From: Malacoraja senta
Lineage: Eukaryota
Length of the DNA stretch: 60,000 nucleotides
Direction of reading: 5' to 3'
Assembly: GCA_038087875.1 (NCBI GenBank)
Contig: CM075989.1
Span: 15,750,001-15,810,000, forward strand
The notes under the pieces were generated by a model. That model did not search any database. It saw nothing but the letters and a program-made list of their open reading frames with translations, and was not told the origin of the DNA. This document shows, in pieces, positions 11,047 to 21,918 of the stretch. Both the position numbers and the translations under genes were made by a program. Position 1 is the first letter of the stretch; each line of letters starts with the position of its first letter.

Positions 11047-14000
11047 TAATATTTCCTTTTGGTAATGTTTCTACAGTTAACCGTTTACATTTATATTTTC
11101 CTTCACCCAGGATAGGTCCTCAGAGCAAGGTTCCGGGGGCGAGTGTGCTGGGGGAGCAAGCAGAGGGAAGGGGGGGTGGCGGTGGTGGTGGGGGGGGGGG
11201 GGGGGGGTGAGGGACAGCAGTGCATGAAGACACCACATCCTCTCCACTCCACTTGGTCAACTCTGTGTCCGCAGGCATCCCGCTGAAGTTCACTCTGTGA
11301 ATAAAGCAATGCCATTTGCAGTGCGGAGCCTCTTTCATTCACTATTCAAGAATAGATTCACATTGATGCCATGTCTGAGAGCAGTCCACGTGTAATGAAT
11401 TATTCTGAAGTGCAGGAATCAAAGTTTCCCACTGTGAGGGAAGGCACCAAAGTTCAGTCATCCTCCTCTTTGTTGTAGAGAGGTTGGAATACAAAGATGA
11501 GTCAACTGGGCAGGCACACGTACATTCATTGTAGATAGGGTAGACAGTCAGAACCTTTATCCCAGCATGGAAATGTCAAAGACGAGAGGACTATAAGGTC
11601 AGAGGGGGGTAAGTTTAAAGTAGATGAGTGGGGCAAGTTCTTTACACAAGAGTATTGGGTGGCTGGGACGCGCTGTCGGTGGTGGTGGAAGCAGATATGA
11701 TCGTCATTTTTAAGAGGCTTTTAGACAGAAAGATCCCGACCCAAAACATCATCTGCCCATGTTCTCCAGAAATGCTGTCTGACCTGCCGATAGTTCCAGC
11801 ACTTTGTGTCCTATTGATTTTTATGTTCCTATCTATTTCCTTCTTTGCTGAACAATGTTTTTAAAGAAATGGAAAATAATTTTATTTTGAAATTGAACTC
11901 AAGACTTGGATGCAATATTCACTTAATATTCCTGTATTAATTTGCCATTGCAAAGTATAAGGAGCAGAGATAATTCACCAGAGAGAGAGAGACAGAGAGA
12001 GCTGTGGATTCCTTGGGTCAGGTTTCCTTTAACAACCGAGTGGTTCCTGTAATTGGCCAATGTAACTGGAGTCCACGGCTGATAATTCACAGAGAAATGG
12101 TTCATGCCTTTACACTTTCATTTATTCACGCTTGACACCGCTGTGAACAACTGGGATGGATATCTCTTTTATCTTGTTTCTAAGGAACATCCCTGCTGGT
12201 GATCCCAGCATCCCACAGCACTGTCCTGAGCTCACTTTCTCCATGTTCAACCTCAAGGGTCAATGCTGTTTTTGATGTGGACATGGGTATCTCCAGTATA
12301 GTGTAGAACTGGAAAGAGCGCGTTTTCAATTCTTAGTGCTACACATGCTTGTGTCTGGCTCTCTCTAAACGGCCACATCTCCCTGGACAGTGGCTGCAAT
12401 TCTCTACGACTGACTTCAATGAAACAAAATCCCAGTAGAAGGCTGTGGGTAGGAAGCTGAGAACAAATGCAAATGGCTTGACGCGTTGTTTGCAGCTGTG
12501 TTTTTTGCACCATTTTATCCAGCATGTAAAACAAAATGAGTGAGGTGCAAGGGCCGAGAATGTTGAAGTTCAAATTAACATGTCTTTCATTTGGCAGACC
12601 TCTGGGGGACTTGAAGTGGAAAGTTTACCCAGTGGCACTGTGAAGCTGCTGTGAGCAACACAGACACACTTGGATTATCACCTTGTTATCTTCACAGTTA
12701 CTTAAGAAAGCAAATGGCCTGGACTGATATGCGAGCACTGGGACTGAAAAGGACTTTGCGACTGGTATTTGTCAACTGTACAAATTTACAAGCAAAGGTG
12801 TGTGCGTTTAACAGAGAAACCTACCATGGCTGTTGAGAAGCAGCCACAACAGCAGACTGCATATTGTGAAATCAGGGGTTCTCCTTTAGATTGGTTTCCA
12901 AAGACATTGACCAACATCTGAGGGCAAACATTTAATTCAATCTCTGAAACGTGCCGATTTTTTAAACGTGTTCAAGCAACAGGCCCTGTATAAAATAATC
13001 CATTGTAGGTGTGAACGAGGTAGATGTCTTGCTGCAGGAGGTTGAGGTGCAGTCTCCCAGTCCATTCTGCTCTTGACCCTGGCCACACTGCCTCTGGGAA
13101 CAGGGCATCACCTGCAGTAAACCTGCTGTGGGCAACAATTAAAGCAAGGTCTCTGGCTTAGCCTTCTGACCCTGTTGCTGTTCCGCTATATTCCAAGGTT
13201 AACCTGCAGTTTGGAGCAAGTGAGTGGGATTGCCCGCAGAAAGTGAGGGGAGTTATTTTAAATGTCAACTGGGGTCCTTGTTCACATTGAACAGACAAGG
13301 GTCCAAACTGGGACCCCCCCCCCCCCCCCCACTATCAAATTTCCCACTCCTGTCTCAATTAAGTGGGGGATGTAACTGGCTTTCAAGTGGAGAAATATTA
13401 TAGATGTTATACATAAGATCTCTGTTCTGGCCAATACCTTTGGAGTATTGATCCTGTTCCCGCTAACAATAGGACATTCCACCACCTAGGGGAGAACTTT
13501 GCCATTGATTGCCAATGCTAAATGCATCCTTGAATATCTGAGCTATTTGATCTTACCTGCACATATTTAGCTCTGTTGAAGTCAATGGAACTGAAGAATG
13601 AGAGATGGCTCTCATACTCCTGTGTGTTTAGTGTAGATGACCGCAGCTGAATGCCTTGTTTATGATATACATGCTTTCATTACATAGTTATACAATTTAT
13701 TAACATTTGCCCGTATGTAACAACTATTATATTTCAGAAAATAACTAATTAGCTATTGTGCTTTAAGATGTCCTAAAGACATGATATAAATGCAAGTTCT
13801 TTCTTACTGTTTTAAGATAGGTTTTAAGGTTTATTTTCAGTCTTTTCTTATATCCTGCATTTTTCTGTTCTTAGATGTATACAAACGTAAGATCTGACGT
13901 ATTTGTCGGTTGCAAAGAAAACTACTAATAATTTGCCATTAAATTAACTTCCCTAATTGTTCACTGAAATGTATGGAACTGCTTCACTAGATGTCTCCTG

Positions 14001-15952
14001 CTCCTGCTTTGAAACTGGTGGATCTGATTCTGCCTCAAGACGTTAGCGATGGTTCCACTGAGAGCGACTTAAGATAAAACAACAAAATCACCTTGACTTT
14101 ATTATCTATGTCAATGCTGATACCTTAGTGTTTTAAGGAACGCACTGGGGTAATGAATCTAACAACAGCAAAAGAAGTGGAATCAAAAAACTGTAGACTA
14201 CAGTGTGAAGAATGGTCCCGACCCAAAACAGCACCCATCCGTTATCTCCAGAGATGCTGCCTGACCCGCTGAGTTACTCCAGTACTTTGTGTCTATCATT
14301 GCAAAAGAAGCCCTGGGTTGTAACACAGTGACATATTAACAATTCCTTAATATGTAAGTGACAGGAGCTTGGGATTTCTATGCGCGGTAGTTTAGTGCAG
14401 GAAGCTCGAACTTGTGGTGTGTGATTCGGCTCCAGTCAAGATAGCTTTGCACCCTTCTGCATGGTTGTGGCAACATGCTCATTCAATGATGTGACGAGCA
14501 CTGGGATATTCATGAACTGGATTTGCTGAAAAATAGCCTAAAAATGTCATGTTTTGGTATGTGAGATATAATTATTTTTTTTAAGCATCCCTAGTATTAT
14601 TGCTCAGCAAACTCTGGCCTCAACGTTATTTCTGCAGATATTTCTGCTATAGCGCATGTTTCTATCACGTGAACTAGATATAACATGAGTGATGAATCAG
14701 GGAGCATTATTTGTATTACAGCAGCTGAATTGGTTACAATGCAATTTAGATGATGGACTAGAGATGGAAATTGACAAACAGAATAAAGCTGTCTTGGATT
14801 TAAACTGTACAGGGAAAATAAAATTGCTTCCATGTAACGTCCCGTGATCAGACACCATTGTCTCTTAAGTACACATCTGCTACTTTACTGCCGATGGCCA
14901 TTAAAATTGACAACCAATTGTTTTTATTGACACTTCTGCAAAGAGACTCTATGAAACAATGTACCTTTAGTATTTTTCATTTGTGGTAACAAAAATAAAC
15001 TAAAGACATTGAAAAGACCTTTATTTTTTGATAATTCTATGGGAAATATATCTTGAGTTTGAGTTTAGTATATTGTCACGTGTACCGAGTTACGGTGAAA
15101 AGCTTTGTTAGCCTTTCTGGCCCCTGATCTCCTTTCCCCATTGACAGAATTATCTTTATCATAGATTTTCTGTAACACTAGGTTCCTAAGGAACACAACT
15201 ATCACGTTATAGCAAAACTACCTGCATACAGGGAAGATATTCCTTCAGATAAATATTTCAAAATATACTGCACTTCAGATCCCATTTGTATATTTTCCTA
15301 TATATTTAGCATTCTATAAAGTGATTCAAATATGATTGCTTTTTCCTTCCTGGTTTGTTTTTCATATGAATTCTTTTATACGATCAGATGTTCAGTGAGC
15401 TCGTTGATATCATTTTGCTGCATTAAACGTAAAGTACTGCAGTTGTTGGAAATCTGAAATTGAAGATAAAATTATTGAAATGTGCAGGAAGGAAGTGCAG
15501 ATGCTGGGTTAAACCAGAGATAGACACAAAAAGCTGGAGTAGCTCAGCGGGACAGGCAGCATCTCTGGAGAGAAGGGATGGGTGACGTTTCGGGTAGAGA
15601 CCCTTCTTCGGACAATTATGGAAGTGAAGAGCGAGAAATACTCATTGACCTAAAAATATCATTCTTTCCGCATGCTGCATTACTTTCTGAGTATTTCTGG
15701 AAGCCGGATATTTCATTGAACTAATGGCTGGCAGCAAACAATTTGGGGAAAGAGGAATGACTCAGCATAAAGACCTAATGACTCACAATAGAGATCTTTG
15801 TGTGCATGCTTCCTCAGTAAGCCCAGTTGCTTTATTGCTGATTGGAATATACATTGATAGTTGGCTCCATTGAGATTGTTTTAGCAATCCTTGCCTCAGT
15901 GACCAGAACAGACATGGAATTTATAACCAAGGAATCTTTATAGTTAATTACT

Positions 15953-16231
15953 CGGGTCGAGACCCTTCTTCAGACTGCGGGTCAGTGGAAAGGGAAACAA
16001 GAGACATAGACGGTGATATAGAGAGATATACAACAAATGAATAAAAGATATGCAAAAAAGTAACGATGATAAAGGAGACATGCCATTGTTAGCCGTGGCC
16101 TAAGTGAAAACGAGTTACATACAATGAGACTCAACAAGACGACTTTGAAGCTAGTACAACAACCTGGGTGGGGAAGGGACGGAGAGAGAGGGTTGTAAGG
16201 GTTGCTTGATATTAGAGAAATCAATATTCAT
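15953..16231 (-). mobile_element. 3' end of a Penelope-like element (ORF C-terminus, 3' UTR, ribozyme-like motif)
   Basis: Minus strand starts ATGAATATTGATTTCTCTAAT (MNIDFSN), resembling the C-terminus of GIY-YIG Penelope/Poseidon ORFs. A pyrimidine-rich UTR follows and ends in CTGAAGAAGGGTCTCGACCCGA, the motif shared by the short modules. Confidence 0.55.
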
Positions 16232-17289
16232 CCATCTACAATGTTTTGTTCTCCATATAAGCTCTTGCCACCCAGTTTACCTGCAAAACCTTCCATTCAC
16301 TTTCCCTCTTGTAATTATCTAGCATATCCCAGTCTGTTCATCCCTTCCTGATAAGCAAGTCTTGGTACCATTGTTGCGTATCCTTTCTCCACTCCCTCTA
16401 CATGCTTCCTGGAGCAGGACTGTGAGCAGGACTATTCACAGTGCATGTGTGTGGTCTAACAAAGCTCGGAAGGGCATGATTATCCCTTTACACGGAACAA
16501 CAGGACTTGATTCTTGAGGTCTACGAGCATTAACACATTACAAATATCAAATAACACTCATTGTGCATTTGAGTTGAATTCAAAGCTGTGGTGGTCCATT
16601 CAAAAACACTTGTCCCTTGAATGAAACTTCTTTAACCTGACCCCTAGCAGTTCTGTCAGAGACGGCAGAGTCTTTGTGTTCTTGTTCTCTGTGGGGCCCA
16701 GGGCAGTGTTGTTGCTTGCGTTATGCAACATTTTCTGTTTCCTTCAATATGAGTGCAATCAACAATCATTCATGCTTTACCCTTTGATTTGATCTTTACG
16801 GGTAGCAGAGTCATAATCATGTAGGAATCAGTGAGAATGGTGAGACCAAGCCAGAGATTTCTTTGTGGGAAAACTGTCTGACTTTCAAGCTTTGTGCTTC
16901 AGTTGTAGAGTACTCTTGTGTGGGCCGGTTGGTCATTAGCCTTTGCAGTCAGGTATTGAGACACACACACGTTAGGATGTCGCCAAGTTCAGTTGTTCAA
17001 TTACAGGCAGCTTTGACTATTTGCCTCAGTTCCTTTGGCCAAAGAAGGAACTAGATTTCCTCTTCTCTGCACTGAATCATTGCTGGTGACAGATTCCTGT
17101 GTGTGGTTGTCAGACAGAGCAAGCATTTGGTTTTCATTGAGATGACCCTAAATTGAATCAAGTTTTCCACTGTCAGTCCAGGTTGGGGCTGAGGGGGCTG
17201 CTGGTGTCCATACGTACAATACTCTCGTGTCCTGAAAAGAAATGGGACAAAAACCTTCACAGTTTTTCTTCTGAGTTCCTGCTTTAAGA

Positions 17290-17625
17290 GCTCTGGGCAA
17301 AAGCTTCAGGAGTAGAGAATGTACTGTATCATGGGACTTCCTGTAACTAAGTCCATTTTCTCGCCTGATCCCCAATATCTCTTGACACTGTTTCTTCCCT
17401 GTGGGTATCAAACTGTACAACTCCTCCCCCTTCTGTTGTGGGGTAGTCTGACTCCCCTCTCCCCCCCCCCCCACCCAAATCTTTGCACATCCCCAATCTT
17501 TTCCACTCGTCACTTTAATTTCATGTTTCATGTATCTTGTATTTTAAGACTGTCGGCAGATCAATTTCCCTCCTAGGATAAATAAAGTTCTATCGTATCA
17601 TCTCGTATTGTATCGTATGGTATCG
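17290..17625 (+). mobile_element. Rex1/Babar-like LINE 3' fragment
   Basis: TTCTTCCCTGTGGGTATCAAACTG...GGATAAATAAAGTTCTATC followed by an (ATCGT)n-like tail. Confidence 0.45.
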
Positions 17626-18238
17626 ACACACCTTAATTTATATTATCAGGCTTTATAAATCAGTAATCCAGTGTACCGCTGGGCGAATGGTTTAATGTTA
17701 GGTGAAAGTGGAACCAAGGCTGATAGTTTAATGTTAGATTAGTTAAGATTAGTTTAGTTTGTCACGTGTAACGAGGTACAGTGAAAAGCCTTTGTTGCGT
17801 GCTAACAGGTCAGCGGATTACAATCGAGGTCTCCACAGTGTACAAAGGGAGTGGTCTTACATTATCATGAGTGGTCTTACTTTATCATGTTGTCTATCAT
17901 GATCAAGGGAATAACGTTTAGTGCATGATAGAGTCCAGTAACGTCTGATCAAAGAGAAACCATTTGAAATAAGGCTTAGCAGAGAAGCTATAGTTATAAT
18001 GTATAGCTGCACTAACCTTCTCATATACTGCGTCAGTCATTTTACTGTTATAGCTCAGAAGTGCACGAAGCCAATATTACTTGGCCTCTAGGTGTGAGGA
18101 ATTGTACCGGGTCATCCAATGGCTGGTAGCCGGTTGAGAATTTGCTTTACATGCAAATTAAAATGTTTTGTTATCCCCATTATTTTATGTGGAATAGGAC
18201 AAGGGACATGTCTAAAATGGATTGCCTGTAACTATTGG

Positions 18239-18426
18239 GGAAGTGTGTTGCTCCTGTTCGGTCGGCAACTTGCTCGAAGCGAGCAAGGCATTTGCTAATG
18301 GTTTGCTAGGGATTGGCAAATCTTCCATGCAAAATCTCTGAAGAAGGGTTTTGGCCCGAAACGTTGCCTATTTCCTTCGCTCCATAGATGCTGCCTCATC
18401 CGCTGAGTTTCTCCAGCACTTTTGTC
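18239..18426 (+). mobile_element. Chimeric insertion: ~99-bp copy of nearby DNA fused to a Penelope-derived module
   Basis: 16-bp direct repeat TGCCTGTAACTATTGG at 18223-18238 and 18427-18442. 18242-18340 matches 19213-19275 joined to 19456-19495. 18338-18426 is the module. Confidence 0.7.
18338..18365 (+). ncRNA. Candidate minimal type I hammerhead ribozyme core
   Basis: CTGAAGA-A-GGGT(TTTG)GCCC-GAAACGTT. Confidence 0.4.
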
Positions 18427-18789
18427 TGCCTGTAACTATTGGCTGCTCTGCTGCTTATGACTAATTTCAACTCCAATGTCTGAGTGAGTGTTTCTAAATT
18501 CCTGAAAATATTAAAATCTTTTTAAATCGGATGTGGAGAATATTGAAAGAAGCAGGGATTAATTTGCATGAGAAACGATACACACTCACCTTGCAGTCAT
18601 TTCACACCCAGGCCAGGTTCTATCACACACGGATTCATCAATGTGTGGCCAACAAGGAGATGAAAGAAGCAATCTTGCTCTTCGAGAGTGAGTGCCGTGC
18701 CTCTCACCACACTGCAGGGTACATTAAGCATTGGGTGTTACGTAGGTAAACACAGCAGGTTGTTTTTGCATAATGGAAGGTTCCACAAG

Positions 18790-19020
18790 CAACACAGCGA
18801 TGAATGCCTTGTAACCCAGCTTCTTTGGTAGTCACATTTGAAGGAGAAAATAGCGGGCAAAACTCCAGGCATTCTCCTCCTCCTCCTCATCAGATAGTGC
18901 TGTGAGATCTTTCACAATGATCTGAAGCCAGGGAAGAACCTGGTTTAGCATTTCCCCCAAAGGAATTGGTACTGCACCTGAACATTAGTTTAGATTATGT
19001 GCATAACCATGACGTCAATC
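18790..19020 (-). mobile_element. Degenerate Deu-domain SINE fragment
   Basis: Minus strand resembles the Deu core (AAACCAGG...GAAAGATCTCACAGCACTAT...GGAGAATGCCTGGAG). Confidence 0.4.
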
Positions 19021-19275
19021 TCTTTGAATCCGTGACAAAGAGCTGTGATCAGGCAATGCACTTAAACACAAAATCTAGTCTCCCAAGATTTTCTTCAACT
19101 AATTAACTGTATGGTGGATCCAATCTCTTGACCACCTGTAGTTATCCTGATGACTAGGTCCATTGGATTGGTTCATTACATTGTTTTTAATGCGAGTTTG
19201 ATGCCAACTCCCAGTGTGTTGCTCCTGTCCGGTCGGTCGGCAACTTGCTCGAAGCCAGCATGGCATTTGTTAATG

Positions 19276-19440
19276 TTTAAGAAGGAACTGCAGATGCTGG
19301 AAAATCGAAGGTAGACAAAAATGCTGGAGAAACTCAGTGGGTGAGGCAGCATCTATGGAGCGAAGGAAACAGGCAACGTTCCGGGCTGAAACCCGAAGGG
19401 TTTCGGCCCGAAACGTTGCCTATTTCCTTTGCTCCATACC
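19276..19440. mobile_element. Partly palindromic Penelope-derived module (subfamily with CGCTCCATAGATG)
   Basis: Perfect 15-bp TSD TGGCATTTGTTAATG (19261-19275 / 19441-19455). Inverted arms around GGGCTGAAACCCGAAGGGTTTCGGCCC. Confidence 0.75.
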
Positions 19441-20309
19441 TGGCATTTGTTAATGGTTTGCTAGGGATTGGCAAATCTGCCATGCAAAATCTCTGCACTG
19501 GGAACTGCGGCAAGCTACTGAGCCCAGTTGAAAGCAGGATGGGCCTGACTCTTGCTAACATACGTTTAGCCCCACTTCTCCGTCTGTGCCTGCTGGTTGT
19601 GGTGCCCCACTCTGCTGCATTAGTTTACAAGTATTAACGTCATTTTTTGAAGGTGGCCCAGACAATACTCCTGCTTCCAATCAGTTCTCCCAACAAAGAT
19701 AAACAGTTCTTGATTGCAAGAGGTTTTTGCTCATGATGTAACGGTGCAATGCATTTTCAAGTTGTGAACAGTTTAGTATTTAACTGTTTTTGAATGTATT
19801 GCTTTAATGGCTTCAAATGGGAGTCTAAATCAACCCCTTCATCTGCACATTAACCTTGACAAAAAGTCCGATGTGGGGGGAGGAATGTGCCGCAAAGTCC
19901 TTTGATCACCTGGCAAGAGTAGGAAACATGAAGAGCAATTCCCTGCTCCTTGTAATCCTTGCAATAAGTGGAGGGACTGCTGGAATCCATTTCATGCAAT
20001 TTGTAAGACATGTGGTGAGTGCCTGGGGAGGATCATTGATTGGATTTCTTTTGCTCTCTGGCAGATTCCGACTATACCACGGACCATGCCTCAATTGACA
20101 TCTCTCATGACACGAAAGGAAAAGAAGGAACTTGAAAATGATTTAAATGCCACCCTGCCCTCCATAACCTCTCATTTATTTCATGTGATGAGGTTACTCG
20201 CGTCACGTGTTCCCATCCACTCCGTTTGTGGACGACTAATCGTGGATTCAAAACGCAACAAAAAGGTTGCAATGACAGATAATTATTGATGGGCCTCGCA
20301 GTTCTGTGC

Positions 20310-20660
20310 TTGAGTTTGGTTTATTGTCAGGTGTGAAAGCTTTTGTTGGGTGGAAAGACAATACATGATTACAATCGAGCTATTCACTGTGTACAGATAT
20401 ATGATAAGGGAATAACCATGAAAAACACAGTGCCAGATAAAGCCAGTAAAGTCTGATAACGAGGGTCTCCAAGTGGGTACATAGTAGCTCGGGACTGCTC
20501 TCGTGTTGTGGTAGGATGGTTCAGTTGTCTGATAACTGCTGGGAAGCAACTGTCCCTGAATCTGGAGGTGTGTGTTTTCACACTTCTGTACTTTTTGCCC
20601 GATGGGAGAGGGGAGAAGAGGGAGTGGCCGGGGTGCGACTCGTCCTTGATTATGCTGACG
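20310..20660 (-). mobile_element. Rex1/Babar-like LINE 3' fragment
   Basis: Translates HPGHSLFSPLPSGKKYRSVKTHTSRFRDSCFPAVIRQLN, the typical Rex1/Babar ORF C-terminus, followed by an ACAATAAAC tail. A related + strand tail lies at ~20970-21215. Confidence 0.7.
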
Positions 20661-21832
20661 GACAATAGCTTTAACTTTTGCATAAAGTCCCACTCACTTT
20701 GATGCTGTGGCTCTAACAAACAGTACCACACGCTGTTAGGAAGCTGCACGTGATGGGGACATGCTGCCTCGTGTGATGCTACAGCTAGTCACAGCTGCTG
20801 CCCACCTCACCCTCTGCCCAACGCCTCTGTGAGACTCGTCAACACAGTGACATCTCAATGCTGACATTCCTGCCAGTGGGGTAGCAGAGATTAGCTTCTC
20901 TTATGTTTAAGTGGTTATCTGCAACAAAGCAATAGATTTGCAATCTGCGTCAGGCTAAGAGACAGACAGTAACTCTATCAACAACTAGAGAGCAGTCCTG
21001 AGCAACTCTCTATCTCATTGGGAGTCTGATTATCTTCATTCGGACTTTATTGAACCTTATCTTGCACAAAATGTCATTCCTTTTATCATCTATCTGTACA
21101 CTGTTGATGGCTCGATTGTAATCATGTATAGCCTTTCTGCTGACTGGTTAACAAGTGAGAAAAGCTTTTCACTGCACCTCGGTATATGTGACAACAAACT
21201 AAAGTAACTAACTAACAAAAAATATCGAGGCTTTGGTTTAATTGTGGATTGGAACTTTATCTAAGTGTGATGGCAAATTAGTTCTGCAGGACACAAACAC
21301 ATTGTTCACACATTTTACAGCAGATCACAACAATATATAAAGTGGTTTTATTTTGTTTGCAACGTTCCCACCAAGTCACACACCATCCTGATTTGGAAAG
21401 ATATTGTGTTCCTTTATTGTTCCTGGTCTGAATCCAAGAACACCAACCTAACAAGACTGGGAGGATCTTGACTAGAAGGCCTGCAGTGGTTCAAGAAGGT
21501 GATGTTTCGGGCGGTTGGAGAGGAGTAATACAAGTCAGCCTTGCCAGCAATAATAAGCTAATGACGCATCATTTATGTAGGCAGTGATAAGAAGAGGAAG
21601 TGGAATGATTACGTTCTGGAGAATAGTTTTTGGAGGAACTCGACAAATGGTCCTGGAATGTGATGCTGCTTTGGAGCAGCACTATATCCGGTTTTCCCAG
21701 TCCCTCAGTCGCCCCAATAGTAACCATTAAGGCTGCGCATTTGTTTGGTATTACCTCGTACTTTATTTGTCACATGTACTGAGGTACAGTGAAATTCATT
21801 TTTGTTTACAGTTAAGTACTAGTATCACTATA

Positions 21833-21918
21833 AGGGTTTCGGCCCGAAACGTTGCCTATTTCCTTCGCTCCATAGATGCTGCTGCACCCGCTGAGTTTCT
21901 CCAGCAATTTTGTCTACT
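21833..21918 (+). mobile_element. 5'-truncated Penelope-derived module
   Basis: AGGGTTTCGGCCCGAAACGTTGCCTATTTCCTTCGCTCCATAGATG...; ACTATAA duplicated at both junctions. Confidence 0.65.

Noticed and set aside
18590..18711. Minus-strand candidate exon with a perfect AG|GTGAGT donor
   Set aside because: Weak acceptor tract, unrecognised peptide and no partner exons.
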